This document shows positions 21,700 to 31,241 of a stretch of DNA of 48,133 nt, piece by piece. The position numbers were made by a program, and so were the translations under genes. The stretch is from the NCBI GenBank assembly GCA_030167865.1, contig JALAGF010004004.1, forward strand, positions 1-48,133, read 5' to 3'. The notes under the pieces were generated by a model. The model was not told where the DNA came from and ran no database searches. It worked only from the letters and a program-made list of their open reading frames with translations. Numbering within the stretch: the stretch's first letter is position 1; each line of letters opens with the position of its first letter. Source of the stretch: Craspedostauros australis (taxonomy: Eukaryota).

Positions 21700-23034
21700 T
21701 TAGGCGCTGGTGCGATTCCATGCCTGCGGCTGGTTCTTGGTGGTGGTGGCCATGACGCCGAGGGTTGGAACACCATCCGTTGATGTCGATTTGATGGGCG
21801 CCATGTCCGTCTTGTTGGAGACCCAATTTCTCCACGTATCCCGGAGCGAGGTGTTGAGCACGCCGCCCATGCTGTATCCCGGCGCAATCCGGGCGATTCG
21901 AGCAGAGACGACGGGTGCGAAGTTCTTGGCCAAGGCTGCGCCGCGATCCCTCATCGCGGAGGCGAAGGGCTTGTGATCCAGATTGCGGTTGTAGAGATCG
22001 AGGCCGATGAAGTGGAGCGGTCCAGCGAGGACCTGGGTGACGATGGGAATGGATACCTGGGTCATCTTCTTGACGTCTTCGTTGCTGGATGGATCGGAGA
22101 TGGCGTTGGCAACGAGGTCAGGCAGGACGAAGGCGGAGCCGATGACCGAAAAGTCGCGGACCAGCCACAGGGCGTAGGTGGTGCGCGGGATGGCGTTCTT
22201 GGCCGCCGAGGCAGAGCCGAACATCTTGGCGTAGGCGCGGTCCTTGGTGATGGAGGTGGCCGTGTTGGTCAGGGCGGTGCCGAGGAGGACGCTGTAGGGG
22301 CCGGCGAAGATGGAGAGCAGCGCGTTGCCGAACTGCGTGGTGGGTTCGTAGGTGCGTCTGCGCACCAGTCGCTTCGTGGTGGTGGTCTGCGTCCTAGTGA
22401 CCTTGGTGAAGTCGTGCTCGCCGATGGTCTTGAGGGAGTTGGCGGCGCTGTAGGTCGAGGTGTAGACCAGCCACATGTAGAAGAAGGTGGGGCTTCTCAA
22501 GTAGGCCACTGGTTGGCGCATCATGGCCTTGATGCTGGCGATTCCGGACTGCACCATGGTCTTGGTGCCTGCGGACTTCTCCACAATGGCCTTGTCCACG
22601 ATCGTGAGGAATGGAGCCACGCACAAGGCAACGGAGGCGCCGGTCAGGACATCGCCGACGATCTTGTGGCGCAGTTCCACGTTGGCGATGGCGATCGGGG
22701 CACTGCCGTTGGTGGAGCTGCTGTTGTCGCCGCCGGTGCGATACCTCATGGTATCAGCAGAATTGGCGGCGGCTGTGGCTGCGGCTGCGGCGGCCACGGA
22801 TGACTGCGTGGGATGGCCGCTGATGATGTGCGCCGCTGTGGCCATCACGGTCGGGCGATTCGTCTGGTCGGAGCCTGCAGTCATGGTGGATTGTGTGTTG
22901 TGGGGGTCTGAATTTGTGAGGAGGGAGTGTTGGTGTGAAGCACGGCCATTCGTCTGTGTGGCTGGAGACATTGCAATTGCAGCCACGGCAGGAGTGTTCT
23001 GATGAGAATCTGTTGATGGGCCTTTTACTGTCAT
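21700..23034 (-). CDS. Multi-pass membrane protein, possibly a divergent mitochondrial-carrier-like family member
   Basis: Strong coding bias and several hydrophobic helices. Px[x]xx[DE][KR]-type segments (APFLTIVDK, PLHFIGLD) and a C-terminal ARIARIAPGYSMGG that recalls carrier helix 6. The family assignment is tentative. Confidence 0.65.
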   Translation of the reverse strand: MTVKGPSTDSHQNTPAVAAIAMSPATQTNGRASHQHSLLTNSDPHNTQSTMTAGSDQTNRPTVMATAAHIISGHPTQSSVAAAAAATAAANSADTMRYRTGGDNSSSTNGSAPIAIANVELRHKIVGDVLTGASVALCVAPFLTIVDKAIVEKSAGTKTMVQSGIASIKAMMRQPVAYLRSPTFFYMWLVYTSTYSAANSLKTIGEHDFTKVTRTQTTTTKRLVRRRTYEPTTQFGNALLSIFAGPYSVLLGTALTNTATSITKDRAYAKMFGSASAAKNAIPRTTYALWLVRDFSVIGSAFVLPDLVANAISDPSSNEDVKKMTQVSIPIVTQVLAGPLHFIGLDLYNRNLDHKPFASAMRDRGAALAKNFAPVVSARIARIAPGYSMGGVLNTSLRDTWRNWVSNKTDMAPIKSTSTDGVPTLGVMATTTKNQPQAWNRTSA

Positions 23035-25417
23035 TTTTTGTTCCTTTTTCCTCTTCAGCGCTTTTCTCCGTGTTGCACTTTCGTTCGTTCGCCTCTTGCT
23101 CGAGTTTTTGGCCTTTCTGCTACAAGTGTTCTTTAGTTGTTCGGGTGCGTTTTGTGATGTTTGCGTGGTTCGATTGGATTGTGAGCAAGAAAACAAGCGA
23201 CGTGCAACGAAGCAATGGCGCAACGGCGCAGTGATGCAGATTCTATGGTCAGAGTGGTCGCTTGTTTCATGGAGGTGTCGTGATGATCCTCGTCGGCACT
23301 GTCACAATGTGCGAGTGGTGTGATTGATGCCATCCCAAGTGATTCGATGCTTCCCCACCTGTTCCAAGGAAGTGATTGCCCTGATTGCCCCTGATGTCCA
23401 GCGTCGCCGTTCGTGCTGTTGCTGGTGGAGTCGAGGGCGAATGTGAAGGTAATCGTGGGACGGGTACGGATGTGGCTGAGTTGGTTCACCGCGTGTCCCT
23501 TGGCAAGAACCCTTCCTCCCGCGTTTCGCCCAGAAATGCCACAAAATGTGATGGCGATTGTACCCCTCACGCACGCAAAATGTGCGTGTTTGCAATCATG
23601 TGGGACTGTCGTGCCGGAGTGCGAAAAAGTCGGGAAGCGGAGTTTCCTGTCGGACTGCCTGTCTCCTTGTCTGTGTGAGCGTTGCGCGGCGCGATGACGA
23701 GAATTAATTCCACGTTTCTTCGCATTTTCGCATCGTCGAGAATCATCGCCTTTGGTGTTTGCGACGAATGGTTCCGTGGTGGTGGTGAGCGATCGTGGAC
23801 CTATCAGAATTCGAACACGAACGGCTTCGCGGAGATTCCTCGAACGTGTTCCAATCGCTCTCAAACCCATCCGTCATCAGGCCACGTTGCGAACTTCCAG
23901 CACAGAAAACGCCTTTTAATGTCGCACCGCGTCAAAGAACCAACCAATTTCCGCATTTGCATCAGCCGGCCAAGAACGTGTGCCAACTTCCAGCAAAACA
24001 CGTGAAGGTCGGGAGCACAATGTGACGCGTTGCTCGTTCTGCGCGCCTGTGACGCCGAACAGATTTTGCACTTGAGGAGTTCGTGTTGGTAGTCCGTACG
24101 TATGGACGCACACGAGTGTGGCTGAGGAATTCTCAACTGTGTTAGTGGCGGTAGTCGTGGTGGTGTCTGAGAGCAATTCCTCGACCCTGTTCTATTTCGC
24201 GCTTTGCGCCGAGTCGAATCTAAATGTAATCATACAACGTCGATGCTCGACTCCTGCTTTACGAGCTACGTATTTCATAATAGGTCGTACTCGAGCACAG
24301 AGTAAATCTTCGTCTCGCTCATTTCTCCCGTCTATTACTGCATGCTGCTCTCCACACTCTACGGGACTGCTCATCCGCAACAGTGAGCCAATGGACGTGG
24401 GTGGACGACATTGTCGACCGAGCAAGATCCGTGACGGCGCGAGAGATGATGATGGTTTGGGTGTTTCTGTGTTGCTCCACGTCCCCTGGCTTTGGACCAA
24501 CCACACCAACTCAACATCATCGAGATTCTTCCGAACCCGTCGAAGTCGCGCTGTCGACAAAAACCAAAGCAGGTGATGGGATTCCCTCCCTCCTTCAGAT
24601 TTGAGACGAGTGGCACATCTTTCCACTCTTGTGCGCCGCCTTGGTCATGGTCGATGCCGCGGACCCTTGGAGGTGTCGCTTGGATCATCTTGCAAACACG
24701 AAAACTATCGAGATTGCTTGCGTGTCTGTGATCTGCGTGTCTCCATCCCCGCGCGTGTTGCTGGCATATCTGTGCAGCGGACTCTAGCTTGCATAGTATA
24801 GCCTCTGTAAATCTTCTTGTGGATTTCGGGAAGGGCGAAAAAAGGCGATGGAACAGAGGCGATGCATTCGCCATCGCGTCATGACATGTCACAGGTTGCG
24901 TCACATCGTGTCGCATCACGTCACATCACATCACATCACATCACATCAACATGTTGTGGTTGCTGTCAGCCACCCACAAGAGGACGATGGGCCAACACCC
25001 GCGCAAGCCAAAATACCAAGGCCAGAGCATCACCATCAACATGAAAGACAGCATACAATTACTCTTGTGAGCAACAACATCAACATCAGACATCAACATC
25101 ACACGTTGAGGATGCGGATCAAGAGAGGGGCGTGACGATCGAAGGTTGACACCAAACACGATCCAGGAAACAATCATCATTGGTGTCGGCGCTGGCATCT
25201 ATGCTGGCATCAAGAGAAAGAGAAAGAGGGAAGGATCAACATCAAATCAACGTCACACCCTTCAACAGGAGAACAAAAACATCAACATCAACATCAATCT
25301 CGACAGCAACCTCAATCGTTGGCATCATTGACAGCGTTGGCATCACCACTGACAACGACGACGACGACGACAACGATTCATCAACGATTCATCAACGATT
25401 CATCAACGTACCATACG

Positions 25418-26398
25418 ATGGCATCAAACAAGAGCGAAGACAACTTCTGCTTCCTCCAGGTTTCGGTCGCTGGACGAGACCCACAGACGATCACAATCCA
25501 GCTCTTTCCCAACACGTGCCCGCAGACATGCCGCAACTTCACCACCCTTTGCGACACACCCGAAGATACAGTCACCACCAAATCATCACCGCAGCCAACC
25601 TACCGAGGATGTTTGGTCCACCGTGTCATTCCCAACTTCATGGTCCAGACGGGCGACTTTGAACGCTTCGACGGCACCGGCGGCTACTCGCCAGTTGCCA
25701 CAGGCGGGGTCTTCAAGGATGAATCCTTCCGGCGGTTGCACAACCAGGCCGGCGTTGTCAGCATGGCCAATTCGGGCAAGCACACCAACAAGAGCCAGTT
25801 CTTCATCACTCTGCAGGCAACGCCGCATCTGAATGGCAAGCATGTGGTGTTCGGTCAAGTGGTGGATGGGATGGATGCTGTCCATCAAATGGCCAAGGTG
25901 GAACGTGAGGGTGACCGTCCGACCATGATGCAGCGAATCATCATCACCGATTGCGGTATTGGCAAGAAGCCAACGAAAGGCAACAAGATAGAGGATGAAG
26001 ACAGCGATGAAGGCATTCGCAAGTCTTCCTCCAAAAGGAAAAACAAAGATAAGAAGGACAGGAAGCAGAAGAAGAAAAAGAAGAGCAGCAGTAGCAAGAA
26101 CGAGAAAAAGAAACGCAAGCGAAGATCGCGTGATGAGTCTAATAGCGACGACGATGACAACAAGGATGACGGCAGTGACAGTGAATCAAGCAGCAGCGAC
26201 GATGAAGGCAGCAGGAAACGAAAAGGGCGCAAGCACCATCGCAAACTGCCATCCGATGATTCCGACTCAGATTCTTTGAGCTCAAGGGATCGGAGGAGAG
26301 ACAGAAAAAAGCGAAAGTCCGGCAGCCATGACGAACGCAAGTCATCGAAACATCGGCATCGTAGCAAAAGTCGCAGCAGCAGAAGAGATCGGCACTGA
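25418..26398 (+). CDS. Cyclophilin-type peptidyl-prolyl isomerase with a Lys/Asp/Arg-Ser-rich tail (PPIG/nuclear RS-cyclophilin-like)
   Basis: CPQTCRNFTTLC, HRVIPNFMVQTGD, GTGG, FKDE, SMANSGKHTNKSQFFIT, PHLNGKHVVFGQV. His occupies the CypA W121 position. The C-terminus is basic and RS-rich. Confidence 0.93.
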   Translation: MASNKSEDNFCFLQVSVAGRDPQTITIQLFPNTCPQTCRNFTTLCDTPEDTVTTKSSPQPTYRGCLVHRVIPNFMVQTGDFERFDGTGGYSPVATGGVFKDESFRRLHNQAGVVSMANSGKHTNKSQFFITLQATPHLNGKHVVFGQVVDGMDAVHQMAKVEREGDRPTMMQRIIITDCGIGKKPTKGNKIEDEDSDEGIRKSSSKRKNKDKKDRKQKKKKKSSSSKNEKKKRKRRSRDESNSDDDDNKDDGSDSESSSSDDEGSRKRKGRKHHRKLPSDDSDSDSLSSRDRRRDRKKRKSGSHDERKSSKHRHRSKSRSSRRDRH

Positions 26399-27022
26399 GT
26401 GTGTTTTCCAAAGCGCTGTGAAGACGAGGAGAGGAAGGCAAAGCAGACTCGAGTGGAGCGTTCCAACCTGAATCAGCGAGAAAATCGATCTCTTGTTCGG
26501 AGCTTCGCAATCCCGTCGCATACAGAGCAGTACCATTCTGTATGTCTCATGTAGTAAGGCATTAGATATCTCCTATAGCGTTTGGTGATTCACTGGCTGG
26601 ATCCTCAAGCTGACCACTCCACTCCTAGCTCGTACCATGTGAGTACTCGTAGTCGTACGTTGGAGAGACAGATGACCACTCGGGTTCATGGCTCCACAGA
26701 TTCCAGAAATTATAAGTATACCATACATTAAGGATATCATGAAAACCGGATACTATGACATGGTATTTGATAGTACACCAAGATCGGCAACAACACGAAC
26801 AGCAACAAAAACGTCGTAGCAAATGCCAACAACAACAACAACAACAACAAGAGAAAGTACTGTCAGATCAGAACAACACGCAACACCAAACCAAATCAAA
26901 CCAGGGGAGACGATCGGCAAGAACAACAGCACCCATCACCTCCGTCGGTTCCCAGACGTATCTTCCTCTCTGTCTATCTCTCCACCCTTCTTTCTATCTG
27001 CAGCTCCGATAGCAGAATTACA

Positions 27023-27895
27023 ATGGTATTCCAGCTTGCCATCCAGCGCGCCGTTTCGAAGAGCGTCCAGCGCACGGCGTTGCGCGCATTCAGCGCGGCC
27101 CCAGCCTCGGACGACGCGGCACCTTCCGTCTTCGACAAGCTGATCTCCCTCACCATCGTCGACCCAAGCGGAGCCCGGCGGAAAATCCCGGGCCTGGTTG
27201 GTACGTGCGATCTATGTCATGCCGGACGATGTCATGCGATGAGATGCATGGGATGGCGTCCAGTTACCCTCTCGTTCCTTCAGTTCCTGGCGCTGACGCT
27301 GGTGCTGATGCTGATACTGTTGTTCATGTTTTCTTCGTGTGCTGTTTGCGACTGCTTCTGTGCCCGTGTACGAACACGGGTAGACTCGAAACCAATCCGT
27401 CACAAACATTTCTACTCTCTATCAAAGCCCATCTCACGACCCACGAATATCCGTAATCACGGATATGCCGCTAATTTGATGTTGTCCCATTGTATTGCAT
27501 TGTATTGTATTCCACTCAATCCTATTCTACTCTACACATACTATACTCGATCTCATCCAACAGGTACATCTCTGTACGAAGCTTGCGAAACGAACGAGGT
27601 TGAGCTGGGACCGGCCGGAACCTGCGGCGTCTCCGAGGTCGTCCGCAGCGACGAATGGACGGAGCCAGTGTTCGGCGACGGACCAACATCGGGATTCGAC
27701 CACGTCGTCCTGAGCGGAGCGGGTGTCGACACTGCGGCACCAATGACAAGATCGGAGGAGCGCATGATCGAGCATTACTGGGACTTCGACGAGATCTTCC
27801 CAGAGAGCCGTCTGGCAACGGAGATCAAGTTGACTGGCGCGATGGATGGCATGATCGTCTACGTCCCACCACGAATTGACGACACCAATCCTTAA
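27023..27895 (+). CDS. Mitochondrial ferredoxin-fold protein lacking the 2Fe-2S Cys ligands (probable complex I ferredoxin-bridge subunit, C1-FDX/NDUFX-like). Exons 27023-27200 and 27564-27895; 169 aa.
   Basis: Mitochondrial presequence ending ALRAF-S. Adrenodoxin-like segments LTIVDPSGARRKIPGLVG, TSLYEA and SRLATEIKLTGAMDGMIVYVP. Phase-1 intron 27201-27563 (GTACGT...CAACAG). Confidence 0.8.
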   Translation: MVFQLAIQRAVSKSVQRTALRAFSAAPASDDAAPSVFDKLISLTIVDPSGARRKIPGLVGTCDLCHAGRCHAMRCMGWRPVTLSFLQFLALTLVLMLILLFMFSSCAVCDCFCARVRTRVDSKPIRHKHFYSLSKPISRPTNIRNHGYAANLMLSHCIALYCIPLNPILLYTYYTRSHPTGTSLYEACETNEVELGPAGTCGVSEVVRSDEWTEPVFGDGPTSGFDHVVLSGAGVDTAAPMTRSEERMIEHYWDFDEIFPESRLATEIKLTGAMDGMIVYVPPRIDDTNP

Positions 27896-28713
27896 GATGA
27901 AGTAGTATACTCATTCACTTTAGAGCGTATTGCTCGATTCTACTCCTGGCCACTTTATCAGCAACGACACCCCTGGCAAGCAGAACGAATATAGGAGACC
28001 CGTCTACCCATGCACTATAGCAGACAGAGCACAGGACCTCTTAGTGACTCTGGGTTGCGATTTAGTCACACGCGTATACACGACTGTTGTGAACGAACTA
28101 GTTCTGCACAATGGTCAGCCCTAACATGGATAGCTTTCAACCCGTTCCCCAAACATGAAGACAATTCGTTCGTCCTTCATCACAGTCACGATGCAGGCAA
28201 TCCAATGGGCGCATCATGTTCAACGCTCTCACAGATCACGTTTCCAACGGTAGGAGCGGCTGCGATTTGCCAAAATTCTGATGGCGAAGAATGTACGTAC
28301 TCTCTCTCTCATAGCGTACTCTCTACGCTCACCACTCATAGTCTACGTATCGCGACGTGCGAAAAGTTTAGCAATATAATTGGGCGGACTTGTTTGGTTG
28401 TCGAGTCGACAAAGTTGACACCAAAATTGTTGGGTGGACTGATCACGAGTGTCTTTTGCCACCAACAACACAAGACGAAAACTGTGTGGAAATCGGAACC
28501 CAACGCAAAATCACGAATCATCAATCGAAAGATCGTCGCGGTGCCCACCATCAAACGCTCTCCCACCACAACCCCTCAACTGCACCCACAAAGCTATCTC
28601 TCCCTCCATGAGTATTGGTGGAGAGTATTATAGTTCACTATCAGTACCCTGCTAGCCGTATTCGTGCAATTGCCTGATCAATCCGTTCGGTACGACCGAG
28701 ACAAGCAACGACC

Positions 28714-30724
28714 ATGAAGATCTCCAAGCACCAAGCTCTGCTGGCGCTGCTGATCGGCAGCATTGCCGCCACCGCCGATGCTGCCAAATCCCCGCGACCT
28801 TTCACCCTCGATGCTGCGATTCCGAAGGCTGCATCCAAAAAGTCCGCGGCATCGGCTTCCACCACTGCTGCAGCAGCCGCATCTGCAGAACCATCCAAGG
28901 GCAAGGGCAAGAAGGCCATCCGACCATCCATCGGGACAAGAGCCAAGACCAACACTCGTCAGGAGTCGGAAAGTCGAGACGCCAATCCATTGGAGCTCGT
29001 CGCCGCCGCCATTTCGACGCGTCGCGTGGAACTTGGTGTTTGCGTCGGACTCTGGTATGCTGCGTGGCTCGTTCGCAATGGTACGTTCCGGTGATTTTGG
29101 AATGTACATATGTGCATATGTGTGTGCGCATTTGAGTTTGGATTTCTGTGGCAATGCAATGCAACAGGCTCATCACAGTCCTCACATATTTCAGTTCTAT
29201 TCCACTCTATTCAACCTATCATACATATTTGCTGCAAAACAAATGACGATGACGATGATCGCCCGCGATACAATGACACCGACACTGACAGCACGTGCCA
29301 GACGAGCCATCGCAGGACTGGAGAATCCGCCCGGTGTCAACGTCCGCTCCTTGGATGGATCAGATGCTGCCATGGTCAGTGATATGGATGTTGACGTGGA
29401 CATCCATGTCGACGCCGATAACCTTGGCGATGTGGACATCGACATTGACCTCAGTGACATCATGAACATTGATGTCCCTTTGCCCGAGTTTGATGAAAGG
29501 CTGAGTGCCTCCATGGGACAACCACCTGTCTACTCCCAGCGGCCTGAACAGGTCGTCGTGGAGGCCTGCGATCCCTACATGGAGGTCCCCACCAGCGAGC
29601 AGCCGAACGTCCAGGTCGAGATGATGGATTCGGACCTCAACTCGTTCATGGACGGCAATATGATGCGCGGTGGTCAATCGTCCAATACCGCGCTGGAGGA
29701 ACGCCTCAAAGTCGGATTTTACTTCTTCGTCTGGTACGCGCTCAACGTCATGTACAACATCGTCAACAAGAAGGTCCTGCAGAAGCTCCCAGCTCCGTTG
29801 ATGGTCGGAACGGTGCAGTTGGGAATCGGCGCCGTGTACGTCGGCCTCATGTGGCTCCTTCGCCTGCGCCCGACCCCCCAGCTCACAGCCGAGGGCAAGT
29901 CCAAGATCACCCAGGTCGGTCTCTACCACTCCCTCGGACAGCTGGCGTCCACCATGAGCCTGGGTGCGGGGCCGGTGTCATTCACTCACATCGTCAAGGC
30001 TCTGGAACCATTCTTCAGTGCCATCGTTTCTGGATTCTACTTCTCCAAGTGGATGCGACCGCAGGTCTACTCCACGCTGATCCCCGTCGTGGGCGGCGTG
30101 GGATACGCCTGCCTCAAGGAACGCCACTTTTCGTGGCTGGCATTCAGCGCTGCCATGTTCAGCAACGTCGCCTTCGCCCTGCGCGCGGTCGTCTCCAAGA
30201 TCGCCATGCAATCCGGACGTGCCGCCGGAACTGACCTGACACCGCCCAACATGTTCGGCGTCGTCACATGGGCTGCCTTCCTCCTGTCCCTCCCTTTGGC
30301 GATCATCGCCGAAGGTGGTGGCATCATGAAGCTGCTGACTGCGGCGCTCGACAAGGTCGACAACAAGCGCAACTTCCTCGTCTCCATCCTCATTTCGGGC
30401 TTGCTCCATTATCTCAACAACGAAGTTATGTACCTGGCCTTGGGCAGCGTCCACCCCGTGACACTGGCCGTCGGCAACACCATGAAGCGTGTCTTCATCA
30501 TGGTGGCATCCATCATCGTCTTCCAAAACCCAATCTCCGTGCAGGCAGGTATCGGATCAGCTGTCGGAATCTCCGGTGTTCTGCTGTACAGTCTCACGAA
30601 GCAGCACTACGAAGCAGTGGAGGCCAAGGAGAAGGAAGAGGCAGCCGTGGCCGCCAACAAGATCTTCCGACCATTGCCGAAGCTCGGCAAGAACAGATTC
30701 TTGGGTGCCAAGAAGAACAGGTAG
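28714..30724 (+). CDS. Triose-phosphate/phosphate translocator family protein with signal peptide (plastid-envelope type). Exons 28714-29080 and 29316-30724; about 591 aa.
   Basis: Signal peptide MKISKHQALLALLIGSIAATADA. Intron 29081-29315 (GTACGT...CTGAC...TCGCAG; an alternative in-frame acceptor ends at 29291). TPT motifs WYALNVMYNIVNK, VSFTHIVKALEPFF, YLNNEV and VGNTMKRV. Confidence 0.9.
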
Positions 30725-31241
30725 ATTATGTGGGCAGAACGGCTACGATTGGATCTTCATCACTCTGCGATCCTCGCAATCTCCCTGGAGAGTTTAATAT
30801 ACTCTAATAGATTTTGCAGTGCCCATTCGGAAATATTTGTTCAGCACAGTGCAACACACAAGAGAGGGTGAACGAATGTGTGGAATAAAGCTACTCGTAT
30901 GCAATGAGAGCGTCTGCAAGTACCCGGGATAATGATGTACAGGTAACTGATCCACGCATACTAATAGTACGACTGTGCTTGCCTCCCACCACTCGGATAC
31001 ACCCGACAAAGCATGCCGTTTCGCTTTGTCATTTGACAAATCGCGTGCATTTCGATGTCTTGTCCTAGTTTATATCACAGGCCTAGCCCGTACATCTTGT
31101 TTGATCCCGTCTCTGACACATTTGTACCATACCATGTCATACTGCTTCATTGCCAGAGAGCACAATGATCAAGAGCACACAGTATACATGCAGAGAGTAT
31201 GGACGAGTATCGATATTCGCACGATTACGATTACAGCCTAC

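Noticed and set aside
23035-25417. Possible gene or ncRNA in the long divergent intergenic region
   Set aside because: Only short low-complexity ORFs, microsatellites and a short repeated AACTTCCAGCA. I found no tRNA or snRNA hallmarks I can support.
28763-29315. N-terminus of the 653-aa track ORF as the true TPT start
   Set aside because: The start is non-ATG and reads through an apparent intron. The signal-peptide exon at 28714 splices in frame and is more plausible.
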